NCBI GenBank assembly: GCA_965178125.1
Contig: OZ237767.1
Span: forward strand, 124,001 to 188,000
Length of the DNA: 64,000 nucleotides
Reading direction: 5' to 3'
Origin: Bilabrum cf. latius
Lineage: Eukaryota
The position numbers and the translations under genes were made by a program. Shown piece by piece: positions 12,601 through 23,316 of this stretch (position 1 is the stretch's first letter; each line of letters begins with the position of its first letter). A model generated the notes under the pieces. The model was not told the DNA's origin. It worked only from the letters and a program-made list of their open reading frames with translations, and searched no databases.

Positions 12601-14317
12601 CGCTCTGGAGGACATGGTGGAGGCCTCCTTCGCAGCGGCGGCCGGGGAGGCCATCGCCGCGGAGGAGGCGGTTGCAAGCAGCAAGCGAGAGGGGGTCTCT
12701 GAGGTTGCAACCGGTGCGAGGAGCACGGCGGTCCGGCTTGCCCGTGCTATGGCTCGAGGCGTGCCCACCGTGTACGAGGGCGTTGACAAGGCCCCAAAGC
12801 TGCCGAGCAAGGCGGATCGAGGCGTGCTGAGGCAGGCGGCAAAACAGCTGATGCTGCAGGTGTGGGCTGAAGTTCCCAGGGTGCATCGCATTGGAGTGCA
12901 TGCATAGGACGACATCCAGCGTGCTGGGGCAGCGGGGGGGGTGCCTGGCTCAGAATCAGGAGTCCCGGGACCAAACCTCACTGTGGCTCCGTGGCACATC
13001 GCCGTTCCGGTTGAAAGGGAGCTGGGGGAGTATCAGTCTTCATCTTCATCTTTGGTGGGCGCAGGCGGCAGCAGCAGCGAGGGCCAGTACTGCCGATGGA
13101 CGGGGCGTGCCCGAGGGCCGCGATCCGCCGATGCCGCGCTCGCTTGGGGCGCCCGATGCCTGGACGTGCAGGGTCTGCCCTCTGTGCTGCCGGGGACTGT
13201 CGTTCTGGGGAACAACGACAGGCGGGGTGCGCGGCTGGGTGCATCGAACTGCACTGCAGAGGAGCGATACCGCAAGTACGGCGGAGGGACCGTGTTCCGG
13301 TTTCCCAGGGAACAGTGGCACGAGGCCGGCGGGGAGCCGCTCTCACTGCTTGGGATGTGGTACGCAGGCGAGCCCAACCAGCCCCCCGACGGTGACCGGG
13401 TGCTGCGGGTGCCCATGGGTCTCGGCAGGCTGCTGCTGCCTCGGCCCGTGGTGGACGCCGTGGGCGAGCGGGCCCTGGCTCCCCTTGCCCTGCTCGCTTG
13501 GCGGGCCGTGGAGGCCTCCTTTGTTCCCCCGAGCAGGTGGGAGCACGGGGCGGATACGTGGGAATGGACCACCCAGGAGGACTACTGGACTCAGGCGGCG
13601 GAGGCGGCTGCCTGGCTGCTCGATGCCTCCACGCAGCCGGCGAGCTGGGGCCCAGGGAACAAGGGACCAGGGAACAAGGGTGATGGGGCGGGTGGGATCC
13701 TGGCATGGGTGACCGCGTCAGAGGAAGCTCTGGCGAAGCTAAAGCTTCCCTCTACCCTGCACGATCCGGGGTCCGAATCCGGGTGGGCCCCCGGCGTGCT
13801 GGAGGCGGCTCGAATTTTGGAGCAGTGTGTGGCTCGGCTGCTGTCCACGGGGCGGGAGCCCCCCGCGGCCATGTGGAAGAACCTGGGACTCGCATACGCG
13901 AAGGTGGTGCAGAAGCACCTCCCGTGTGACGAATAGGCGCACGTGGGGGGGCTGGTGCGGTATAGGCCGCGGCTGCCTTCGCTCGAGCTCAGGGCGGGGG
14001 TGGAAGCTCTGGGGCACTGGGCCAAAGGTGCCGCCAGGGAGGCGCAGGCGTGGCTCAACGGATAGATCGGGGAGGAGGGTGTGACGAGTGACCAGATCAC
14101 GCCAGCCTGGGTCGCGGCGCAAGCCCCCTTGCCCCCGCTAGGTTCCGCAAGTAGCGCGGCGCCCACTGCGGAACAGCTGCGCGACGCCATGGCAGGACGG
14201 GTAGTGGAGGCGTGGGGCAGGTTCCTTTTGTGCCCCGAGGCGAAGCAGGACGGGAGCTACCAGGGCATCAAGCAGGTCGTGGATCGGCTGTCCAAGGTGG
14301 GCCAGGGGAGGAAGTGA
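9603..14317 (+). CDS. TMEM260: TMEM260/DUF2723-family multi-TM protein (GT-C type O-mannosyltransferase family), ~1539 aa. Exons 9603-9707 and 9803-14317; six in-frame TAGs (9684, 11036, 11312, 12905, 13934, 14063)
   Basis: The spliced N-terminus reads IFM*TLHSSIP|GGDSGEIVAEGCNFGVAHPPGYPL, the family signature. Also AEVFALNN, SWGS...GFLHHFRRADYGSLQL and RFWMQP. Four supplied ORFs share one frame and are separated only by TAG. Ends in TGA. Confidence 0.85.
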
Positions 14318-14509
14318 AGTGAAGCGGTGAAGGGTGGGGGGGGGGGGGGGGGGGGACAGTGAAATGCATGCAGCTGGAAGGATGGCAATATAGCGGCTCA
14401 TAAATTGCGCGGCGCCGTCCTACGGAGACTCGGTAGCGGAACAACTAGACTACAGGCAGCGGCAAGCTTCGCACAACACAATCACTGTACGAGTTTCCAC
14501 AGTCACAGC

Positions 14510-15804
14510 ATGCGATTGATTATTCAGAAGGATCCTAGCGAAGTAGGCTCATGGGTGGCGAATTACATCGCTGAGCGGATCAGGAAATTCAACCCCACAG
14601 CTGCGAATCCATTTGTGCTGGGCCTGCCGACCGGATCTTCACCCCTTCCGGTTTACAAGAGGCTGATTGAACTCCACAAGGCAGGTCAAGTTAGCTTTAA
14701 ACATGTTTGTACCATCAACATGGACGAGTATGTCGGGCTGCCCCGTGACCATCCGTGAGCTTCAATTCCTGGAATAGTTGACATTTTGCTCGCCTAGTCG
14801 CAATGCTGGTTCACCAAGCCCTGAAAATGCATGCATGATTGTAATTTTAATGCATCGCAGCGAATCCTATCACTCTTTCATGTGGAAGAACTTCCTCAAG
14901 CACATTGACATCGATCCTCGGAATGCCCACATCTTGAACGGCAATGCGGAGGATTTGCAGGCCGAATGCGACGAGTACGAGCGCACGATCGCTCGTCTGG
15001 GTGGTATTGAGCTGTTTCTTGGCGGAATCGGCCAGGATGGCCACATCGCATTCTGCGAGCCAGGCTCGTCGCTCTCAAGCCGCACTCGGGTGAAGACGCT
15101 CGCATACGACACGATCGTCGCGAACAGCAGGTTCTTCGACGACGATCTCGAGAAAGTGCCTAAAATGGCTCTTACGGTTGGAGTTGGCACCGTCATGGAT
15201 TCTCGAGAGGTCATGGTCATCGTCACGGGTGAGCATCCATAGCCAAAAGAGTCGCGAGGCGACTGCCGCTGCCAAATGCCATTACATGCCTCATGGTTCT
15301 CTCGCGCACGTCAATACAAACTACCGCTGTAATTGATTATTCTCGCAGGCGTGCGCAAGGCCCTTGCCCTGCATCACGTGGTGGAGCAGGGAGTGTCTCA
15401 TATGTGGACGGCGTCGATGCTGCAGATGCACCCTCGCGCATGCATCGTGAGCGACGAAGACGCAACGGCCGAGCTGAAGGTCAAGACGTACCACTACTTC
15501 AAGCAGCTGCAGGAGACCCAGGCCCAGCTCATGCACACTTCCCAGGGTGGTGCCATGGCAGGGTACGAGGGCGGGGTGGTGAGCGGGGCGGGATTCGGGA
15601 TGGCGAGTCTGCTCGACCCAGCCATGCTTGGGGCGGCAGCTGCCGCGGGTGGGAGGCTGTCCGCCACCCAGCTGCAGGATGCAAGCAAGAGACTGGCGGC
15701 TGCCGCTGCAGCCCGCCAGGAGGCCGAGGCGGATGCTCGCGCCAAAGCCAGGGCTGCTTCCACGTCTCCCTCTGGGGCAGGGGCAGGGGCGGCCAGGGGC
15801 GGTG

Positions 15805-15835
<31 letters not shown>

Positions 15836-16019
15836 GTCGTCATCATCGGTAGCAGCCGTGGCCGGCACTGAGATGCCGGAAGAAGAGCCCGTGGTATTCG
15901 CCGGTGGTGTGGCTGGAGACAAGAGGGCGAGGACGGAGCAGGACGGCGCTGGCGGGGCGGCCAAGCCAGTGGCGAGCAAGGAGGAAACTGCGCCCGCCGC
16001 CAAGAAGGCGCGCACGTGA
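14510..16019 (+). CDS. GNPDA: Glucosamine-6-phosphate deaminase with a low-complexity C-terminal extension. Exons 14510-14754, 14861-15228, 15349-16019; no internal TAG
   Basis: MRLIIQ...[89 protein letters not shown]. Two in-phase GTGAGC...CGCAG introns. Confidence 0.95.
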
Positions 16020-16210
16020 TGGGTTGCAAGTCTGGATTCATTCATGTAATTGCTTGATTGCACTGACGCTGCGAATATGCGGAGTCTTGGTCGCACCGTG
16101 TGGCCAGTGGCGTGACGAGCAGAAGCTCGCAGTCCCAACCTCGCGGTGCTTGTGACATAGCTACACCAAGCTAGCCACATTCGCAAGTATTTGTACCCAA
16201 TTGTATCACC

Positions 16211-19200
16211 ATGGATCCTCCTAGCAACATGACGCCAGCGGAAATGGAAGAGGCCCGGCGCTTTGCAGCCATTGCAGCCAGAGCTGAACGCAGAGCTGCG
16301 GAGAGAGCGAAAGCCAGGGGATCGAAGCAAGGCACACCCGCCACAGCATCGACAAACGCAATATCTGGAACTAGTTCTGCTCGCGGAGTCAGTAACTTTG
16401 GCACTGGGTCACTTAGCGCAGGATATGCCCACACATCCAGTGGCCGCCAACAGTCCACCGCTGGCGGCAGCGTTTCAGCGGTTCAGAGGCTGATGAAAAC
16501 TATGCGAAGTGATTCTAGTAGTAGACGATAGAATGTGCAGCAGCCGAAGTCAACTGCTGGAAGCCAGGGTAGGGGTGGCACTGGCCTGTACTTGGATTCG
16601 CTGCCGGCCGACCAGAGAGCAAAGGAGCTTGCCTTGGCGAAAGAGCGGTATCTTGGAAGTCGAAATGGATAGGAAGAGAAGGATGCAGCCGCTGCGTTGG
16701 CGGAAGGCAGCCGGAAGCGCAAGCGCAGCGGACCGAACCGGCAGTCGCTTCGATTCGAGTGGGATGCAGGCGATGACACATCTGCCGCTGCGGGCGGAGC
16801 AGGCAAAGCAGCCTTACAGGACAGCAGCAGGTCTGCATAGTTTCGATCCCTGCAGGATCACCAGGAGCGCGATCGGTGGGGCATGTCGAGCAATCATCAC
16901 GACCACGGGCGCGGCGCCTCCGGGTCGGGAGCGAGCAGCGGGCACCGAAGGGGGGCACAAGGGGACAGGGGCCAGGACAGGGACTGGAGAAGAGACCCAT
17001 ATGGTGACTCTCGCGGGAGCAGCGGCCGCGACAGCCGGAGAGATGACAGGCGAGACGATAGGCGAGACGATAGGCGGGGGGGACGCGATTGGGGCCGGGA
17101 CAGGGGTGGGCGCGACGATCGGAAGGACTGGCGAGGCGGCAGCGGGAATCGATCCCGGGAGCCCCGCGGTGCCAACCAGGCGGTCGTGGCCGCCTCCCTT
17201 GCAGCCAGCACCCCCCTATTCGGCCGGGGTGCCATGGGGGGTATGGACCCCAGCTGGGGGGTGTCTCGGCAGGGCCGCGATGCTTCCCAGGCACGCATAG
17301 AGGCGAGGCGGAAAGAGGCAGCGAAGGTCGAGGAACGTTCGCTGAAGGCGTTGGAGGGCGAGAGACAGGCGAAGCGGAGGAGAGTCGAGCAGGAGGACCG
17401 GGAGAAGAACACGAAGATGGCGAATGAGCGCATGAAGAACGGTGGTGGTGACCAGTCCGCGGCTGCGATGAGCGGCGGCGGCGGCGGTGATGCCGGACTT
17501 GTGGGCGGTCGATTCCGAATCTTGCGACCAGAGGAGATCGCCTAGAGTGCGGGCCAGCAGCCCAGCACGAGCTTGGGAGGCGACAATGGGGCTGGTGGTG
17601 ACACGGGCAGCAGCAGCTCTGGTGGCAGTGCAGGTGATGCGGAGGCATCCAAGCCAACAGCGCAGGAGCCAGGGCAGGCAGCAAGCGCTGCGATGAAATT
17701 AGGCGGCAAGGGCGGTGCTGCAGTTGCTGACGATGCAGCTGCGATCGTTGCTGTTGATGTTCCTAGGCAGGAGCAGGACGAAGACGAAGATGAAGATGAG
17801 GATGATCTTGCGCTTTTGTCGGCACGGCAGTCTCAGGTGGTGAGGAAGAGGAGGAGAAAAGCCATCGATACGCGGCACTGGACGGAGAAGAAGAGAGAGG
17901 AGATGACGGCCAGGGACTGGCGGATCATGCGGGAGGACTACGACATCAGAGTGCGCGGCGCCGGCGGGCTATCGGTTCCGCTTCCGCTCCGCGAGTGGAC
18001 GGAGGGCGGGCTGGACGAAGGCATCATGCAGGCCATCAGCGAAAAGGGCTACGAGAAGCCTAGCGCCATCCAGAGGCAGGCCATCCCCATCGGGCTGGAG
18101 GGCAGGGATCTGGTTGGAGTGGCTGAAACAGGCAGTGGCAAGACGGCGGCCTTTGTGATCCCCATGCTGCAGAGGCTGGCGAAGGCGCCCAAGGAGGTGC
18201 GGGAGGCATGCGCGACGGACGGGCCTCTTGCCCTGATCCTCGCACCGGTGAGAGAGCTGGCCCAGCAGATCTTCGCGGAGGCCCAGGAGCTGGCGAAGCA
18301 CAATGGGCTGCGCGCTGCATGCGTGGTGGGCGGGATTGACATACACGAGCAGGCGTCCGTGCTGTCAAAGGGGGTGGAGGTGATTGTCGCTGCGCCAGGA
18401 AGACTGCTGGAGTGCATCAACAAGAGCTTCGTGGTGTTCAACCAGTGCAGGTACATCGTTCTGGACGAAGCGGACAAGATGATCGATCTCGGGTTCGGGC
18501 CAGAGGTGGAGCAGATCATGGATATGATGGCCGGTGATGGGGCAGTAGATGGTGCCGCCGCTGGGACTGCGGCAGCAACGGGAGCAGTCTCGGCCAAGAC
18601 AGGACAGGCGCCGATGCAAGGGACCCAATCGTCAGCACCGTCTAGTGCAGCAGGAGCCGCATCAGCAAATCAGGACGAGGATTCCCAGCCCGCGTGGCTC
18701 AACACCCCACCGCACCTGCGCCGCACGACCATCATGTTCAGTGCGACCATGCCGCCCGCCGTCGAAAAATTGGCCAGATCCTACATGCGGTAGCCTGTGT
18801 CAGTCAGGATCGGGGACCAGGACAGCGGGAAGAACCAGAGGATCAAGCAGACGGTCACGAAGGCGCCCTTTGGCAGGAGGTCTGGCAAGCTGGCCGAGGC
18901 GTTGCGAAGCTGTCCTCGCCCAGTGATCGTCTTCGTCAACATGAAGAAGACGGCGGATCTGCTTGCCAGGGAGCTTGAGGGCCACGGACACGCGGTGGTT
19001 TGTCTACACGGTGGCAAGACGCAGGTGGAACGCGAGCTCGCTTTGGCCGCCTTCAAGAGCGGAGAGGTGGACGTGATGGTGGCCACGGATGTGGCAGCAA
19101 GGGGGCTGGACATCCCCGGCGTGCAGTACGTCATCAACTACGAGCTGCCCAAGCTCTTCGACAGCTACACCCATAGGATCGGCCGGACGGCGCGCGCAGG

Positions 19201-19354
19201 CACAGAAGGTGCAGCGCTGTCGTTCTGGTCTGACGACGACGCCGACGTGTTGCCTCAGCTTAAGGCCCATCTGGAAGGGACGGGGCAGAAGGTGCCTCCG
19301 GATCTAGAGAAGGCAGCGCAAGGCGCAGAAAAGGGCGGTGCCGGGGGGAAGTGA
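16211..19354 (+). CDS. DDX23: DEAD-box splicing helicase DDX23/PRP28, single exon, ~1047 aa; five in-frame TAGs (16529, 16670, 16838, 17543, 18791)
   Basis: PRP28-specific motifs KERYLG, RFEWDAGDDTS and RHWTEKKREEMTARDWRIMREDYDI. Q-motif PSAIQRQAIP, AETGSGKT, DEAD, SAT, ARGLD, HRIGRTAR. All fragments are in one frame. Ends in TGA. Confidence 0.93.
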
Positions 19355-19708
19355 AAGCGGTGCTCGGTGGGTCGAGCTTGGTAAACACGTAATCTGTTAG
19401 CTAACATAGATTCAAGCACACAAATACACTAGATCTAAGTTCTAACGTGGACGCCGGGACCGATGCAGGCATCCAGGATCAGCCCACCGACCAGTCCGAC
19501 TCGTCGTCCCCTCCCCCCTCCGAGCCGCTGCTTCCGCTGGTTGACCCGGAATCAGAATCCGAGCCGGAGTGCTCCTCGCTGCCATCACGAGGCTTTTGCA
19601 CCCTCCGTCTTTTGCCAGGCCTGCGCCTTTGCGGATGTTTGGCCACCTCAAGATCCGATCCAGACTCGATATCCTATGCAGATGCCCCGCTGCTGTCTTC
19701 GCCACTAC

Positions 19709-20749
19709 TCAATTCGATCTCTTTGGGAGCCCTCTGTGCTGATCGCTTCCGTTTCGTGCCTATTGCAACGGAGGCCGCCCCATCCCCCTCCTTTTCCTTT
19801 TCCTTTTCCTCCTCCTCTCCTCCTCCTCCTCCAACTGCTGCTGCTGCTGCTGCTGCCTGGACGACTGGTCCCCCGGTTGTGACCTCTGCTTGCGCTTGTG
19901 CCTGGGCCTTGATTTCGACTCAGAGTTATGATGGGTCCCGATTACGGTCAGCACATCCCGGCCGAGAGCCACGTCGACCAACCCAGCTCTGCCCCTCCCC
20001 CTGCCCCTGCCCCTGCCCCTGCCCATGCCCATGCCCATGCCCATGCCGGGCCCGTCTTCACCTGCCGCTTCCTGCATGGACTCGCGGGCCGCTTGCATCG
20101 CCGCTCGGCGTGGTCGTCTGCCTGGTGACGGTTCGCTCGCTGATGCTGAAGAGGGCTGAAAGGAGGGGGTGGCCGATGAAGCAGCAGATGCTGATGCTGA
20201 TGACGATGACGATGATGACGGTAAGGACGGCGCCTCGTAGGCTCGTCCGCTCGCCTCTTGCGTCTTGTGGATGTATTCCAGCACGGCCTTGCTCGGGTTC
20301 ATGACCTTTGAGAATACGACCACTCCGTCGAACACGTCTTGAACGTTGGCCGATCCCGACGATGCTCGCCTGCCTCCGGGAGCTCGCCCGTGGGCAGCAT
20401 CATCGTATGGGGACCAGCCAGCAGGGGCGCTTAGCTACAATGTTAGCAATGGCTGCTTGCATGGAAGGACCTTTCCTTCCAGAACGATGCACCGGCCTTG
20501 CTCCTACCCGCTGCCACCTCCAGAATCCAATGGCGGCAACGCCAAGGTTATTTCTGGAGCTGAGGTATCCATTTTTCGTATAGTGCCTATTTTCCCACCA
20601 GACAAAGATGATAATACCCCGGGCAGAACCATTAGGTACCTTCCTTTTCTCCTGGTGCCTTTTCTCAAAACGTCAGCTCCAGAGAGAGATCCAAAAAGAG
20701 GCCCAGCGGACAATTCAACAGGAGCTCGGCCAAGCTAGGAGCTATCCAT
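19709..20749 (-). CDS. RHL1: RHL1-like DNA topoisomerase VI accessory subunit, ~346 aa; four in-frame TAGs (20735, 20504, 20435, 19760). The C-terminal end is uncertain: an alternative acidic frame runs to ~19479
   Basis: DVLRKGTRRKGRYLMVLPGVLSSLSGGKIGTIRKMDT...GRCIVLEGKVLPCKQPLLTL*L...QDVFDGVVVFS resembles the plant RHL1 core as I recall it (K.RFLFSFPGLLAP..GGKIG.L..L.T...G..VYPKNRYLTLQF...DYFDNMIVFS). Confidence 0.75.
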
Positions 20750-20919
20750 TATATGCGCAATTAAAACGAGAGTTTAAATGACAATTCACAGGTGGGAGAT
20801 GCAGGCGAATTCACCCTGTTTTCAAACCGCGGAACCAAGTTCCCGCTGCTGCGCGCGGCGCCGGCTATCGGCAGAGGTGAGCGCGAAACCAGACTGCGCA
20901 AATACTGTGCTAAACTCGT

Positions 20920-23022
20920 ATGCAAGTAACAAGTTTCGGCATGAAACCTGCAAATGACTCTTTGTATGAGATCATGACAGAAAGATCTGTTGATATTAGG
21001 CCCGATGTGGAAGAGGACACACGCGGTACCTGGCTTGATATTCCCGATCCACCGGCTGTTGGCCCGTCGAGCAGCGTCCCAGAGCTTAAAGAGTTCATTT
21101 TAGAGAACATAAGTATTGGAATAGACGATGATTCTGATTCTAGCGAAGGCGAATCGGGACAGATCGCGTCGTACACCTCACGGCCTGCATCACGTCTTGC
21201 TGAGCACTCCTCAAATCGTGATGGAAGCTTGGCACAAAACGCGCTCCAATTAGGTGCAAAAGGCCCTTCATACACGTTGAGGAGGATAGCAAGCGCTCCT
21301 AAGCTGAAAAAGTATGCTAGACGAGTTTCACAGGTATTCGGAAAAGCAGCGTACGTTAATAGTCCATCTGCAAAAGAAGCAGCACCGGGGCGTGGAAACA
21401 GGTCAGCAGCCAACGAGAGCGGAGCATTAACAACCAGTGGAGCTGGCTGGATGAACCCTGCCGCGCTTCTTGCTCTGGAAGGTGAAACAGATTCGCCGCC
21501 CAGCTCGCGTGCCCGGTCACCAGCTGCTGTTGGCGGCAGTGGCAGAGCCTCGCGATTCAGTTTTTCCCGGTCGAGCGGACAAGGTATGGCTGAGCACGCA
21601 GAGTCCACGCTTTTCCAGTATAGTGCGGATTCAGCCAGTCCATCTGCCACACCACATGCGGCCAAGCATCCAGGCGGGGGAAACAGACCAGGCCCACAGC
21701 GGCCGAGCCGAAGCCGAAGGCACCCCACAACCACACTGCTAGACGCAGCAGCAGCCAACAATAGAAAAATACAGTAGGCAAAACAACAAGAGTTGGCGAG
21801 GTGGGCATAGTGTCCCGAGGAGGTTTGGATGGCGCTCGCTCCGCCGGTCGTGAGGAAGCAACTGCTCGCACAGGCTGCAGAGCAACCAGGTGGGGGCAAT
21901 GTGATACCGGCCTCAAACACTCGTTCCGAGCCTACAAACAGCCATGAAGAGTAGAAAACGTTGGAGAAATGGGCGCGTAAGGTTCGGAAGGAGCCCTCAG
22001 ATATGGTGGCTCCAGACGGTTCCCCCGTCACATCGCACTCGTCACATATGCCGTCCGGAGCAACTTCAGAGCGGTATTCAATCGAAACCCTCGCCAGGCT
22101 TTCCCAGGGAACTATAACCCGAATTGGAGACAGGTGCGCCCCTGCAGCACAGCGCCAAGCCGAAGCCAGCGCATTGGCAGCTGTTGCGACTGGCAAGGAG
22201 CTGGAGCCCTGGGTAGTGCGAGCCACTGCCCTGGGACGGCTGTCCACACTTATGCACGCCCGACCAGCTCTTGCATGCCAAGAAGTGCAGGAGCTGAACT
22301 GGCATAAGCCGGCCGTGAAGATGAGCAGCGATGAACCTGTCGCCGGGGCAGGTGCCCCCATCGCCCGACCAAGCGCATCTAAGGGTTGGCGGGAGGTGCT
22401 CCACGTGTTCAAAACATGCCTCGATGCAATCGGAGCTCGTGATGCTGCGGAACCAGCGGCGCTGCGCATTTTACCCCTGCTCGCTTGCAGGCCGCAGACG
22501 GACCGACTGGCGCTGTGCCAGGGCAGGTGCGTCCAGCACATCCTGTCGATCGCCGCGGGTCGATGCCACTCCGAGACCATGTGCGTGCTGGTTGAAGTCC
22601 TGCACCTGCTGACTTGCGGCACCGACTATGCCTCACGGGTCGCCCGATCGGAGCTGATGGAAGCAGGTGGGATCGAGCAACTCGCGGGCTGGCTAGGTGC
22701 CAGCACCATGCCCCCTACCAGGCTCGTGCTCCGAGAGATTCTAGAGATTCTGGCCGCATTTGCGGAGGGAAGCCGACCGGGAGACGGGGTGCGAGATAAG
22801 CTTGAAGCAGCCAGACTGCCGCATGTGCTGCACAGCATCCATGCGGCTGTAAGCATGACGGATGTTGAGGTCAAGGCGATGCAGAGGGTTTTGTTGGCAG
22901 TTGCGGGCGGTGTAAAGAAGGAGGAGCAGTGGAGGAGAGAAGCAACAGCGAGATAGGATATTCGACGCAGGCAAATCGAGCTGCGGGTCCATAGATCAAA
23001 TGAAGCCGGCAACGGGCGCTGA
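20920..23022 (+). CDS. Hypothetical protein, ~700 aa, with a disordered N-terminal half and a helical (ARM-like) C-terminal domain; four in-frame TAGs (21775, 21808, 21952, 22954)
   Basis: ORFs 20920-21777 and 21961-22956 share a frame and are separated only by TAGs. RSELMEAGGIEQLAGWL is ARM-like. Ends in TGA. Confidence 0.7.
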
Positions 23023-23316
23023 ATTAGTCTCGCTATTGGTCTTGCTCCCGGCTGTACCGGTGACACGTCCATTGCGCAAAAAGAATACAATATCAAATTT
23101 CCACTTCAGAATTCGATCGTAGCGATATATGTAACCCACAGCTATGAGTGTGGGCCTCCGGACCTGAGCGCTTGCCGAAAGGCAACTCAAAAACCGGAAC
23201 TTCAAACCGCCACATCAGCGTGTGCGGTGTGGTGTGGTGGACTCAATTGCGTCCTTGGCACGAGCATAAGCGACACATAACAAAGAGTTACTCGCAATAC
23301 GTAATTATAATTCTGC

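Noticed and set aside
14336-14355. Poly-G tract after the TMEM260 stop as a regulatory G-quadruplex
   Set aside because: It is a simple homopolymer of unreliable length with no supporting evidence.
18780-18800. In-frame TAGs as 3' ends of tiny introns
   Set aside because: There is no GTRAG donor upstream, the protein alignment is gap-free across the site, and the inferred acceptors here are all GCAG.
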